In this document: positions 16,207 to 26,235 of the stretch, piece after piece
How positions within the stretch are numbered: position 1 is the first letter of the stretch
How the letters are laid out: each line of letters begins with the position of its first letter
Assembly: GCA_017622395.1 (NCBI GenBank)
Contig: JAGARF010000220.1
Coordinates: 1-37,021 of the forward strand
DNA length: 37,021 nt
Direction: 5' to 3'
Origin: Clostridia bacterium
GTDB lineage: Bacteria; Bacillota; Clostridia; RGIG6154
Position numbers and translations under genes: made by a program
Notes under the pieces: model-generated
The model's input: the letters and a program-made list of their open reading frames with translations, nothing else
Told to the model about the DNA's origin: nothing
The model's database searches: none

Positions 16207-18015
16207 TCAGTTTGCAAGACCTGAAGTCTTTAAGTAGTTGTAAATGATAACTGCAGCCTGTGCTCTTGTGCAGCTGTCTGTTGGTCTGAAGGTATTATCT
16301 TCAAAGCCGTTGATAATCTTTAATTCTGCAAGAACATTTACAGGCTCAATTGCATAATCTGCAATTTCGTTCTTATCTGTAAATAATGCAGGTGTCATTA
16401 TTTCTTTAACAGGCATTGTTCTGTAAATCATAGCAGCAATATCCTGTCTTGTAACAGCCTGACCGAAACCGAACATATTTTCGCCGATGCCAGAAATTAC
16501 GCCTGCTTTAACAGCCTTTGCGATGAAAGTCTTAGCCCAGCTTGCAGAGTCTACATCAGCAAAAGCCACTTCAGCTTCTTCTGTAAGACCTACAGCAATT
16601 GAAATCATCTTAACGATTTCTTCTCTTGTAACTGTGCCGTTTGGATCAAACACTCTGTTTGCCTTACCATTTACAATACCCTTTGTGTAAAGGTATTCAA
16701 TAGCATCTATAGCCCACTGTGTCTGTGCTATATCGTCGAATTTATATTTATATGTATTAGCATGATTCTGGTCGTTCTGATTTAACGCGTTTTGATTTTC
16801 TACTACAGGAGGGATAACAGCATTTCCGCCTGCTGAAACACCGGGGGCAACTCCGCCGCCACCGCCGCCGCCACCGCCGCCGGTAACGCCGCTGCCTGAG
16901 CCTGCCTCTGACTCTGCCTGGGCAAAGCCTGCAATAAGACCGTTAAGACCTTCAATAGTTGTTATAGCTGAGCCGTAGCCTGCTAAGTTCTTTGCAACAT
17001 ATTCAGTAATTGAGCCTGTAACACCTGCTTTTGTTTTGTTAGCTGATGTAAAGAGTGCGTCAATATGTGAATAACCTGAATAGCTTGTTGAGTCTTTTTG
17101 TGTTGATTTATTTGCACCGTTGCAGATAACTGCCTCGATAAATGCATCGTAAAGTTCCTCTTCGTCTGCAAAAGCCTTGTTTAAAAGTGCATTCTGAACC
17201 TGAGCTTTTCCTTCTGAAGATAATGTGTATTTTTTACCGTCCTTTTCTGAACCTTCTGCGTAATATTTATAAACTGAAATGCCGTATTTAGCATCAATTC
17301 CTGATACCTTTAAAGCAGAATCATACTTAAATGTACCGTCTGTGTTAAAGCTGTATGCTGCAGCCTTGCCCTGATTTAAAAGCTCAAGAGCTGCAACCTT
17401 TTTGATGATGAGCTGAAGTGCTGCACCGTTCTGAGCATCTGTTCCTGCAAATTTGCCCTCATCATCAGCAGCTCTTACTGCTGCTAAAAGCTTAGATGCA
17501 TAAGTCTCCATATCAAGACCAATTTCAGTTGAAACCAATGGCTCGTATTTGTCTATAGAGAAGGTTGCTAAAACTGATGGGTCTGTAACCTTTGCTGTAA
17601 ATGTAACAAGGTCATTAGCTCTTGCAGCTGTAAGTATAGCCTGAGTGTCTGTTGTAAGGGAAGCAACTGCAAAATTAAATGTCTGTTTTTCAACACCGTC
17701 TGCATAAACCTTGTACTGACCCTCTGTAGCTGAATAGAGTGTAAATTTATAAATAAATTCACCGTTTGCGTCGATTTTAACTTCTCTTACATTCTGCACT
17801 GCAGAGCCTGCAAGGTCTGTATCTGTCTGAGTTTTACCCGGATTTGTAACGAGTAAGATAAATGAGCTGTTTGCCGCGCCTGTACCTGTGATTGTAACAG
17901 ACTTTGTTGAAAGGTCAACATCGGCAGGGTTTACAGTAACAGCTGATGCGGCTGAAACTGTTAATGTGGCAAGCACCATTAAAGATGCAAGTAAAACTGA
18001 AATAAACTTTTTCAT
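16207..18015 (-). CDS. SLH-domain cell-wall-anchored surface protein (602 aa) with an Ig-like N-terminal module, poly-Gly linker and three C-terminal SLH repeats
   Basis: Signal peptide MKKFISVLLASLMVLATLTVSAASA. The linker is GSGSGVTGGGGGGGGGGVAPG. Three SLH-type repeats occupy residues ~425-598 (nt 16222-16743): FDDIAQTQWAIDAIEYLYTKGIVNG...TREE, FADVDSASWAKTFIAKAVKAGVISG...TRQD, FTDKNEIADYAIEPVNVLAELKIINGF...TRAQAA. Confidence 0.9.
   Translation of the reverse strand: MKKFISVLLASLMVLATLTVSAASAVTVNPADVDLSTKSVTITGTGAANSSFILLVTNPGKTQTDTDLAGSAVQNVREVKIDANGEFIYKFTLYSATEGQYKVYADGVEKQTFNFAVASLTTDTQAILTAARANDLVTFTAKVTDPSVLATFSIDKYEPLVSTEIGLDMETYASKLLAAVRAADDEGKFAGTDAQNGAALQLIIKKVAALELLNQGKAAAYSFNTDGTFKYDSALKVSGIDAKYGISVYKYYAEGSEKDGKKYTLSSEGKAQVQNALLNKAFADEEELYDAFIEAVICNGANKSTQKDSTSYSGYSHIDALFTSANKTKAGVTGSITEYVAKNLAGYGSAITTIEGLNGLIAGFAQAESEAGSGSGVTGGGGGGGGGGVAPGVSAGGNAVIPPVVENQNALNQNDQNHANTYKYKFDDIAQTQWAIDAIEYLYTKGIVNGKANRVFDPNGTVTREEIVKMISIAVGLTEEAEVAFADVDSASWAKTFIAKAVKAGVISGIGENMFGFGQAVTRQDIAAMIYRTMPVKEIMTPALFTDKNEIADYAIEPVNVLAELKIINGFEDNTFRPTDSCTRAQAAVIIYNYLKTSGLAN
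16852..16882 (-). repeat. GCC/ACC trinucleotide tract encoding a Gly10 linker
   Basis: The plus strand reads tccgccgccaccgccgccgccaccgccgccg, a nearly pure GC triplet repeat in an AT-rich genome. It is in frame within the 602-aa SLH gene (residues 379-388). Confidence 0.8.
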
Positions 18016-18036
18016 AATTCTCCGATTCTCCTTTCT

Positions 18037-21000
18037 TTAGCGGTCAACATTAATAACAACAAGCTTGTAAATTGTACCTTGATAATCATGTATAAACAAT
18101 CTTGAACAGCTTGCGCCATAATCTTCATAGGTTTTTATGTCGGTAGTGGAGCCTTCTCTTGCAGATGCCTTTTCTCCCTTAATGTCCACAACGGTAATAA
18201 TTGTTGGAAGCACCCATGTGTTAGTTACCTGATTTTCGTCTGTTTCTTTATAAACCTTTGAACTGTCTGACAAGTCCATATTTGTAACTGTTATAAGTCC
18301 CTCATTAATTCTTACAGGGAAGCAGTCAAACATTCTTACACTACCACTCGTAACTTTTGAAGGAGTGCCTTCTCCCGGTGCGTTAACAACAGCACCTGTT
18401 TCAGGGTCTTTAACCTGTGTTCCGCCGCTTTCATTAACAATATATGGGTTACCGCCCTTAATTTCATCAAATAAGCCGCTTACCTGACCTGCAAGCGCAC
18501 CGCCCATTTTTCTTGGGTTATTTGTATAGTTAAGGCTCTGTCTGTATACAAGTGATGCATATATAACATTTCCGTTCACCTGATGGAGATTGATTATGTC
18601 ACCTTCTTTTACACTATATGAAGGGGTGTTATTTCCATTGTTAACAAATGCTTTCATATTGTTGAATGCACCTGTTGAGCTTTCATATACAGCATTGACC
18701 TGTTTTCCTGTGCTTGTTGCAGAGAGCTCAAGTCCTTGAATTCTCACGATAGGTTCACCATCAATATTAAGTGCATGCTTTACAGACTCAACTATAACAA
18801 ATGGCATTGTTCTTATGCTTGGTTTGTAATTTGTAAGCTTATCATTTTTCATAACAATATATTTTGCATTATATGATTTAGGGTCTGTATTATAAGCTGT
18901 AACATTTCCATATTTCATATCATTCAAAAGTACAGAAGTTGTCTTTATCTGGTACTTTGAATATTCGTCTGTTATGTCACCTGTTGAAACAAAGAATATC
19001 TTCGGTGAATTTCTTGTAAATGCTTTTCCGCCAAAGCCCTGCTGTAAATACTGTTCATCGTCTGCAGAATAGAATACTGAAAGTCTGCCGTTTGCTCTTG
19101 TGTCCTGATTTGAAATTGCAAGAGGAATTGAAACCTCTGAAATAAGACCTTCTTCTGTAGTTGTAAAGGTAATAAGAGTATCCTTGTAATTTTGAAGAAT
19201 TGCAATCATATCTAATGCTTCTTCTTTTGAATATGCATCGTTTTCGTTTGTAAATGCAACCTTTTCAGCAAGGATATAGTCAGCAAAAGCACCTGTTTCA
19301 AGGAAAATTCTAACCTTGCAGTCCTTCTTTAATCCTCTGCCGTCTTCAAAGCCGTTGATTAAAATACCAAGACCTTCAAGTGTTGTTGAAGAAGAATCAA
19401 AGTATACAATTTCACCGAAGGTATTGAAGTATGCAGTAGTTTCTGTACCTATGTCAGGAATCTTCACTGTCTCTGAGGTTACAAGTTTCTTTGCAAGTAA
19501 ATATTCTTCACCATCTGAAGAATATATGTATGATTCGCTTTCCTTGTCAATAGATGTACCGCCAACAGTCATAGTTTCTTTCTTGTCGGAAATAAGAATC
19601 TTGATTGCATTTTTGCTCTTTGCAACATCAATAACCATACCTGATTTGATATCTCCGAAAGTTGCGTTTGCTCCGTTTTTGATAATTGTAATTTCTGTGT
19701 TTTTGTTGTTCTTTTCGCTTAAATCAAGATTTGCGTATTCGTCTTTTACCGGCTCAACAAGTCCGTTTGAAATAATCTTTTCGCTTGCGATTACAGACTT
19801 AGTATACATTGAAACAAAGCCTTCAATAACGATTGTGTCATAAATATCGCTTGAGCCTGATTTGAGTGCTGTTACAGTACCATTTGAAAATTCCTTGATT
19901 TCTTCTTTTGTAACACCCTCAACCTTACTGCCGTTGAAAATTATAGTAGGAACACTTGCAATATCAAGATAATCCTCCTCTTCGTTCTCATCAATGTATT
20001 CAAGTTTTCCGTATGTAAGGTTTTCAAATTTATCTATTTCTATTACGAACTCTTCGCCGTCTTCTGCAAGAGCCGCATAGATAACCATCATTTTGTCTGT
20101 TTCTTCATCTTCAACAACATAAAATTCAACAACTCTGCCGATGAAGCCCTTAACATAATTTGCTGTGTCAGCAAGCTCAAATACAACATTTCCGATTTTG
20201 ATTTCATCATCATCAATTTCTGACTGACCTAAAAGGGCAGTTGTTCCGTTGTCTGTAACCTTACCTTCATACTTGTAAACACCTAAAACATCATATAAGA
20301 ATGTCTTATCAGATGTTGTATATGTAGCAACACCTGTATCTGTAACAGAAACAGCAGCAATCATATTAACATCAAACATATTGTAGAGCATTTTAGCAAG
20401 CTCACCGCGTGTTATTGGGTTTTCGCCAAAGTTGTTAACACCCTTTAACACCTTTAATGTGCTTGCAAGATAGTTAAAGCCTGCAGGATATCCGCCGTTT
20501 ATATTTGCAAACTGCTCATAGCCTAAGATTTTAACCAAAACCTTGTTAACCTGATTAACAGTAACAGGGTCTTCAGGTGAAAATTCTGTTTCAGATGTAC
20601 CAATCATATAGCCGATATCAGTAATCTGTGAAATTACACCAAATGCCCAATGAGTTGTAGGAACATCAGCAAATTTCTGAACCTTTTCAGCAGTATCAGG
20701 AGCAGAAGAAGCTGTTTCTTCTCCTGTTACAAGTCCTGTAGAAGGAGTTAAGAGGACATTGTCTAAATCCTCAGGAATTTCAAATTTATAGTACCATGCG
20801 TTTTCCTTTGCAACATCACCATGGTTGATTTTAAGCAAAACGGTAAGCACCTGAGCAAATTCTGCTCTTGTAAGATTTGCGTCAGCATTAAAAGCGCCTG
20901 TTTCGTCGCCGTTAATGATGCCCATTGCTTTGATTACTCCGATTTCCTCTGCATACTTTACAGCCTGAGTGGTTGCACCTGTGTCTTCAGCATAAACCAT

Positions 21001-21069
21001 AACGAACATACTGAGTACCATAGCACACGCAAGGATAACCGAGATAATTTTCTTCATTGAATTCATCAT
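18037..21069 (-). CDS. SLH-domain surface (S-layer-like) protein (1010 aa) with three N-terminal SLH repeats and a long beta-rich C-terminal region
   Basis: Signal peptide MMNSMKKIISVILACAMVLSMFVMVYA/EDT. SD aaggagag 5 nt upstream of the first ATG. SLH-type repeats span residues ~36-235 (nt ~20365-20964): YAEEIGVIKAMGIINGDETGAFNADANLTRAEFAQVL, FADVPTTHWAFGVISQITDIGYMIG...VNQVNKVLVKILG, YLASTLKVLKGV...ITRGELAKMLYNM. Confidence 0.9.
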   Translation of the reverse strand: MMNSMKKIISVILACAMVLSMFVMVYAEDTGATTQAVKYAEEIGVIKAMGIINGDETGAFNADANLTRAEFAQVLTVLLKINHGDVAKENAWYYKFEIPEDLDNVLLTPSTGLVTGEETASSAPDTAEKVQKFADVPTTHWAFGVISQITDIGYMIGTSETEFSPEDPVTVNQVNKVLVKILGYEQFANINGGYPAGFNYLASTLKVLKGVNNFGENPITRGELAKMLYNMFDVNMIAAVSVTDTGVATYTTSDKTFLYDVLGVYKYEGKVTDNGTTALLGQSEIDDDEIKIGNVVFELADTANYVKGFIGRVVEFYVVEDEETDKMMVIYAALAEDGEEFVIEIDKFENLTYGKLEYIDENEEEDYLDIASVPTIIFNGSKVEGVTKEEIKEFSNGTVTALKSGSSDIYDTIVIEGFVSMYTKSVIASEKIISNGLVEPVKDEYANLDLSEKNNKNTEITIIKNGANATFGDIKSGMVIDVAKSKNAIKILISDKKETMTVGGTSIDKESESYIYSSDGEEYLLAKKLVTSETVKIPDIGTETTAYFNTFGEIVYFDSSSTTLEGLGILINGFEDGRGLKKDCKVRIFLETGAFADYILAEKVAFTNENDAYSKEEALDMIAILQNYKDTLITFTTTEEGLISEVSIPLAISNQDTRANGRLSVFYSADDEQYLQQGFGGKAFTRNSPKIFFVSTGDITDEYSKYQIKTTSVLLNDMKYGNVTAYNTDPKSYNAKYIVMKNDKLTNYKPSIRTMPFVIVESVKHALNIDGEPIVRIQGLELSATSTGKQVNAVYESSTGAFNNMKAFVNNGNNTPSYSVKEGDIINLHQVNGNVIYASLVYRQSLNYTNNPRKMGGALAGQVSGLFDEIKGGNPYIVNESGGTQVKDPETGAVVNAPGEGTPSKVTSGSVRMFDCFPVRINEGLITVTNMDLSDSSKVYKETDENQVTNTWVLPTIITVVDIKGEKASAREGSTTDIKTYEDYGASCSRLFIHDYQGTIYKLVVINVDR

Positions 21070-21117
21070 TTTATCTCTCCTTAAGATAGTTTAGTCGATT
21101 ATTTAGAATTTTCCTTT

Positions 21118-21155
21118 CTGTGTAGGGGCGACCCTGTGTGGTCGCCCGTTCACAG
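21118..21155 (-). terminator. GC-rich hairpin without U-tract between the 1634-aa gene and the SLH operon; possible weak terminator, RNA processing or stability element
   Basis: Stem gggcgacc (21126-21133) pairs with ggtcgccc (21140-21147) around loop ctgtgt. An outer stem ctgtg (21118-21122) pairs with cacag (21151-21155) across a 3-nt internal mismatch. Neither strand has a T-run after it. Confidence 0.35.
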
Positions 21156-21168
21156 TGTAGGCAATTTA

Positions 21169-24100
21169 TCATTTAACATTTGAGTAATAAGTCATCATTG
21201 CCTCAAGTCCGCCAAAGATTAAATCCTTATTAAATGCGGTGTTTGTAATGGCAATAAGACCGCTGCCTGACTCTTCCCAGAATACCTGTTTTCCAAGGTC
21301 CTCAGAAATAACTCTGATTGGGAGCATCATTCTGTTATTAACTATGGTTGCAGGCTGGTCAAGTGTTCTTGCAGCACCGTCATAGTAATAGGTTGTCTGA
21401 TTTTCGGTAAACTTCAGTGTATGTCCGTCTGCAACAACTGTAGCAGTTGCTGTTGCACCGTCCCATGTTACTTTAGCTCCGAATGCTTCGGAAATAAATC
21501 TTATAGGAACAAGTGTTCTTCCGTTAACAACTGCAGGAGCTGCCTGAAGGTAACTGTGCTGACCGTTAATCATAGCAGTCTGTTTTCCTACATTAAGAAT
21601 AATACTGTCGCCGTTTACCTTAATAAGCTGAGTTAAGAGCTTGTCATTCTTTGTTGCCTCAACCATCTTAAATCCGCCGATAAGCATTACGCCGTTTCCT
21701 GAGCCTTCAAGTTCAACATCAAGGTCTGAGTTTGTATCCTGAAGTGCACCGAGATAAATCCAGCCTGCCTCGCCGTTTCTGTTGTCGATATTAAATATTC
21801 TGTCCTCACCGTCATAGGTTGACTTTGTTTTTAACCTAATATTTGTATCGCCGTTTTCAGCTTTACCTACCCAATAATAAACATGCTGATATTCATAAGG
21901 AGCTTCAAAGCTGATTGTTATTCTTTCTCTGTTTCCTTCCTGGTCTTTTGAAAGGAGACGAACACCGTCTACACCGATTTGTGTTTCCTTCCAGGTCTTC
22001 TTATCTGCAAAGCTGTATACACTTGCCATATTATGATTAAATACTTTACCCTTTGTTAAGTAGTAGTCTGTATAAAGCTCATCAAGAACAAGTGCACCTG
22101 ATGATGCAGGCCATATTTCCAAAGGCTGATTTGCATAATCATAGAATACGAGTTCGCCATCGTCTACAAGACCGTTCGGGTCTAACACATCGCAAAGTAC
22201 AACATCGTTTACATAAAGAACAACTCTTGTTCCGCCCTTAACATTAGGTGCACCGAATTTGATGTTACATCTTTCGCCCGGTGTGTAATATCCGTTGTTA
22301 GGAATAATCGCAATAAACTGCTGAATTCCGCCGCTGAATCTCTGTACCTCAATCTTGTCTTTCTTAAATACTGCAGCATATGAGTTTACATTATAGAAGT
22401 TCTTTGTTTTGTCTGAGTTCTTGACTGTAACCGCCTGATATCCGTCTGCAGGGTTAAGTACCATATCAAAGTTATAAATATCAGTCTTTCCGCTTGAACC
22501 GAATTCCCATTGAGCATATCTAACCTGAATATCTTCTCTTGGAGTAAACGGTGCGTGGTCAACAGGAGTTCTTAATCCCATAAGTCCGTTTGCATTCCAG
22601 CCGCTTGCATTGGTAACATGCTTAGTCGCTGCTGTCTGCCACTTGGTTTCAAATACTTCTTCAACTTCCGTATCTTCCTTAGGTGTTGAATTTGTAAGCT
22701 TCATTTCCTTATATTCTTCATTGTCCTGAAGTTCGATTGTAACTCCGCCTGTTGATGTATAGAATGAAAGATAACCAGGTTTTGTTACAGGGAGAACTGT
22801 GTCTACTGTATCATAAATTACAGTTCCGTTTAATTCAAAGTAGTATCTTACACCTGCGATGGTGTTAACAATACCAAAGGCAACATCTGCCCATTCACCG
22901 TTCTTTAAGTATGCGTTGTTAACAGTTGAAAGGATACCTGACTGTGAGCCTCTTCGCTGAACTTCAACCTGTTCCTGCTTGATAACAACCATATAACCGT
23001 CGCCTGCATAGTTGTGCTGAGAAACCGCCTGTTCTCTGTGCTTAACAGCAACATAAGCTGAGCTTCCTTCAGGCCATGTAATTCTCATCTTAAAGCGGTT
23101 GATTTCACCGATGCCCGGCATATCAGGAGCTGCAACTGTTGCTGCACCGTCAAAGAGCATCTTTATAGTCTTTGTTCCCTCGTCATAAGAAAGGGCATTT
23201 GACATATCTGTGTTTCCGCCGTTCTTTATCCAGCTGTCTGTATTAACACCGTCTTCCTTAAATATGAAGTGAAGGTTTCTTTCTTCTGAGTAAACGCTGA
23301 GTGATACTTCCTCATAAACCTTTATAAGCTCTGCGGAGGCTGCGTCAACCTCAGCCTGTGTAGCCTGACCGTCTGCCATAGATGCATAAAGTCTTGCCTT
23401 TGCAAGTGCGTCCTCAAGCTTTTTCTTTGAGCCTGCAGGATATCCGCCGCCCACTTCTCCTTCAACAAGGTTTGCAAGCTTTTCACTTATCTGTTCAATA
23501 TTGTAATTGATTGTATCAAATTTAAGCTGTTCGTATTTAGATGTTGTAAAGAGGTGAGGAACACCTGTGCTCATCCAGCTTGAAGGATAGTTAGCTGAAT
23601 AGTTCTGTGCCTCAACTGTCCAATAATATGGAGCATTGCCAACCTGAAGGTCGTCAAAGGTTGCATATGCGTTATGGCAAATCTGCTCTTTAACAATATT
23701 CTTCATTTCAGGGTCTGTGGCAATTCTTATAATATATTGGTCAGCACCCTTTGCATTTTCCCAAACGAATTCTGCCTGCTGTGCATCAATTCCTGTTGCA
23801 CCGTTTGCAGGATATAATTTTCTGAAAGGTGAAGATTCTTCATTAAATAATGGAAGGTGGTCTCTTGTTTCTGAGATATACACACCTGTATCTTTATAAT
23901 CAAAGTTTAACTCTGTAAGAGCATTTGGTCTTGATTTTGCAAGCTCTGAATCTGACTTTAATCTGTAGTCATTATTTTTATAATCAACAAATTGGTCTTC
24001 CATATCACTTGTAATAAGTGTATTGTTTTCAGCAACAAGTGTTGGCTCGTCGAAAATTCTTTCACTCCATGACCATGGAAGGTTTGCTATATTATGTGAA

Positions 24101-26073
24101 ATAGTTGATTTATAAGGAAGCCAGCCGACGCTTCCGTTTGCTTTAGCCTTCTGAGCATATTCAAGCTCCTCGTAAAGCTCAGGCCATTCCTCGTAAAATC
24201 TTGTTTCATTATCACGGACATCTTCCATAAATGAAACCCAGTCCTGACCGCCTGATAAAAGGAGAAGCATAGTTCCGTTAAAGGTTTCACCTGAATGTGA
24301 GTATGTAAGCGAGCCTCTTGCGCAGTCAATCATTGTGTTGTCAAGAACTGTGCAGAAATTAGCACCGTTAATATGAACACCTGCACCTGTATCCCACATA
24401 ATGTTGTTGTAAATATGAGTATCTGACAGCATATCGTCAGCATAAATAGCATTTGTACCGTTAGAAGATGTGCCGCCCTTTGAGTTTGTGTTGTGAATTA
24501 AGTTGTGGTGGATTATATTATCTCTCATAATAAAGTCGCGGCCTTGATAAATAGCACCTGCATCGTATGGCTCTCTTGTTACATTCCATACGTGGTTGTA
24601 TGATGTGTCTGAACGGATATAACCGTAGTTATATGCGTGGAACATCATATTATGCATAGAGTTGTTTGTAACCTCAAGACCCATAGAGTTGTTTGCATAA
24701 ATACCTGCCTGAGATGTTATAAGAGAAGCTCTTTCTAAAAAGTTGTTATGAATTCTTGAATGACCGTCTTCAAGATTATAAGGGCTTCCTGTGGCAACCG
24801 ATATGTGTGAGAAGCCTGCATCATAGAAATCATTTGACTCTATATTAATATAAGTAGAATCGTTATGCTGAGTTGTAGATTTCCAGCCGATAGACGTTCT
24901 GTTTCTTCCGTTAATAATTCTGTTCTTCCAGTTTTCACCCTGTGTCATCTGGATTGAACGCTTCTGCATACCAAAGAACTCATTTCCTACTATATTAATA
25001 TGGTGATTGTCTCTGCCCATATAAATACCTGTTTCAGCACCGAAGAATTTCAGGCCCTCAAAGTTAACATAGTTTAAAAGCTCAAAGTTGATTAAAGGAA
25101 ATGTCTGGTATGAAACATACATTTCGTGGCCCTTAAGGTCGTATGGTGGGTAATAATAAAGAGTGTTGTCGTTTCTGTCTAAATACCATTCTGTAGGACA
25201 ATCCATTTCTTCTAAAAGGTTTTTAACCTTCCATCTCTTTGTTTTATTACACACAACACCGAAGTCTGTACCGTATCTTAAGGTAATTTCAAGAGTTTCC
25301 TCGTCGATTTTGGCAATTTTATTGATTTCGTGTCTGTAGTCTTCGCCCCAGTATCCAACAATAAGCATCTGCTCTTTATCTGCAGTCTGCCAGTTGCCTA
25401 TTCTTGAGGTTTCAGCCTGAAATACACCGCCGCCGTTTGTAACTGCTCTGCCTGTTTTACCGCCAATAACGGTTTTAACATACTTTCCATAGTGCATTTC
25501 GCCGTTTGGCCACTGAGAAAGCATCTGTGTTTTACCGTCAAGATAAACATCAACCCAATTAAGAGGACAAGTGCTTTCACTTTCAGCCCAGCCGATAACA
25601 CCAAGCTTTCCAATGTTATAGTCGTCTAAATCAAGCTTCATAACCTTGCCTCTTCCTTCTTCAGGAATTCTTGCAAGTGTTTCGGCATCTGTTACGAACT
25701 GAAACTTGCTTGTATCAAGCTTTAAAGCTGATGTAAATACAGGAGTTTCTCCTTCATATGCCTTATAGGTTATGGGAGCATGCTTTGTTCCCGAATCCCT
25801 TGCATCCATAAATACTGTGTTGTCAAAATTGTAAGTACCTTCACGAAAAATAACCGTAACAGGCTTGGTTTTGTCAATCTGTCTTACTTTTTTAACAGCA
25901 CCCTCAAAGGTTGCAATAGGGTCATCAATGCTTCCGCTTGCAGAATCTGAACCCTTAGGGCTTACATAGATAAATATTTCGCCCTTATCTGTTGCAGGGG
26001 TTGCCGCAAGAGAGGTCATTGTTGGCATTATCAATGTTATAACTAACAATACCGATAGTAATACCTTTTTCAT
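21169..26073 (-). CDS. Secreted 1634-aa right-handed beta-helix protein with an FN3-like module, two tandem ConA/LamG-like jelly-roll modules, a CBM-like module and a C-terminal copper-amine-oxidase-N-terminal-like domain
   Basis: The track ORF starts at 26112 (MDRHIKIYRKVKK...). The internal ATG at 26073 has SD aggtga 5 nt upstream and begins a canonical signal peptide MKKVLLSVLLVITLIMPTMTSLA/ATPA. Beta-helix motifs are IFIYVSPKGSDSASGSIDDPIATFEGAV, TEWYLDRNDNTLYYYP, YDAGAIYQGRD, NAIYADDMLSD. The FN3-like motif is FVWENAKGADQYIIRIATDPEMKNIV. The duplicated segment is VVIKQEQVEVQRRGSQSG / AVFKKDKIEVQRFSGGIQ. The C-terminal part VNGRTLVPIRFISEAFGAKVTWD...NNRMMLPIRVISEDLG (nt ~21238-21630) is typical of the Cu_amine_oxidN1-type domain. 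Confidence 0.88.
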   Translation of the reverse strand: MKKVLLSVLLVITLIMPTMTSLAATPATDKGEIFIYVSPKGSDSASGSIDDPIATFEGAVKKVRQIDKTKPVTVIFREGTYNFDNTVFMDARDSGTKHAPITYKAYEGETPVFTSALKLDTSKFQFVTDAETLARIPEEGRGKVMKLDLDDYNIGKLGVIGWAESESTCPLNWVDVYLDGKTQMLSQWPNGEMHYGKYVKTVIGGKTGRAVTNGGGVFQAETSRIGNWQTADKEQMLIVGYWGEDYRHEINKIAKIDEETLEITLRYGTDFGVVCNKTKRWKVKNLLEEMDCPTEWYLDRNDNTLYYYPPYDLKGHEMYVSYQTFPLINFELLNYVNFEGLKFFGAETGIYMGRDNHHINIVGNEFFGMQKRSIQMTQGENWKNRIINGRNRTSIGWKSTTQHNDSTYINIESNDFYDAGFSHISVATGSPYNLEDGHSRIHNNFLERASLITSQAGIYANNSMGLEVTNNSMHNMMFHAYNYGYIRSDTSYNHVWNVTREPYDAGAIYQGRDFIMRDNIIHHNLIHNTNSKGGTSSNGTNAIYADDMLSDTHIYNNIMWDTGAGVHINGANFCTVLDNTMIDCARGSLTYSHSGETFNGTMLLLLSGGQDWVSFMEDVRDNETRFYEEWPELYEELEYAQKAKANGSVGWLPYKSTISHNIANLPWSWSERIFDEPTLVAENNTLITSDMEDQFVDYKNNDYRLKSDSELAKSRPNALTELNFDYKDTGVYISETRDHLPLFNEESSPFRKLYPANGATGIDAQQAEFVWENAKGADQYIIRIATDPEMKNIVKEQICHNAYATFDDLQVGNAPYYWTVEAQNYSANYPSSWMSTGVPHLFTTSKYEQLKFDTINYNIEQISEKLANLVEGEVGGGYPAGSKKKLEDALAKARLYASMADGQATQAEVDAASAELIKVYEEVSLSVYSEERNLHFIFKEDGVNTDSWIKNGGNTDMSNALSYDEGTKTIKMLFDGAATVAAPDMPGIGEINRFKMRITWPEGSSAYVAVKHREQAVSQHNYAGDGYMVVIKQEQVEVQRRGSQSGILSTVNNAYLKNGEWADVAFGIVNTIAGVRYYFELNGTVIYDTVDTVLPVTKPGYLSFYTSTGGVTIELQDNEEYKEMKLTNSTPKEDTEVEEVFETKWQTAATKHVTNASGWNANGLMGLRTPVDHAPFTPREDIQVRYAQWEFGSSGKTDIYNFDMVLNPADGYQAVTVKNSDKTKNFYNVNSYAAVFKKDKIEVQRFSGGIQQFIAIIPNNGYYTPGERCNIKFGAPNVKGGTRVVLYVNDVVLCDVLDPNGLVDDGELVFYDYANQPLEIWPASSGALVLDELYTDYYLTKGKVFNHNMASVYSFADKKTWKETQIGVDGVRLLSKDQEGNRERITISFEAPYEYQHVYYWVGKAENGDTNIRLKTKSTYDGEDRIFNIDNRNGEAGWIYLGALQDTNSDLDVELEGSGNGVMLIGGFKMVEATKNDKLLTQLIKVNGDSIILNVGKQTAMINGQHSYLQAAPAVVNGRTLVPIRFISEAFGAKVTWDGATATATVVADGHTLKFTENQTTYYYDGAARTLDQPATIVNNRMMLPIRVISEDLGKQVFWEESGSGLIAITNTAFNKDLIFGGLEAMMTYYSNVK

Positions 26074-26235
26074 TTTCTTCACCTTTCTGTAAATTTTAAT
26101 GTGTCTGTCCATAATTTCATATTACAAAAAATAAAAATTATTTACTTTTTTAAAATTGCAGAAAATCCCTTAAACCCCTGTAATTACTTGATTTTTCGGG
26201 AATCCTCTGCATAATATTCCATTATGGTTTTATAC

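Noticed and set aside
16852-16882. The poly-Gly-encoding GC triplet tract as an on/off phase-variation switch.
   Set aside because: The unit is a trinucleotide, so slippage keeps the reading frame. At most it varies linker length. It is kept only as a minor note under the SLH finding.
26074-26112. N-terminal extensions implied by the longest-ORF coordinates: 26112 for the beta-helix gene, 27440 for the mutarotase-like gene, 31174 (TTG) for dnaN and 32536 for recF.
   Set aside because: In each case an internal ATG has a proper SD and gives the canonical family N-terminus or a signal peptide that begins at the N-terminus. The extensions also overlap promoter or upstream coding sequence.
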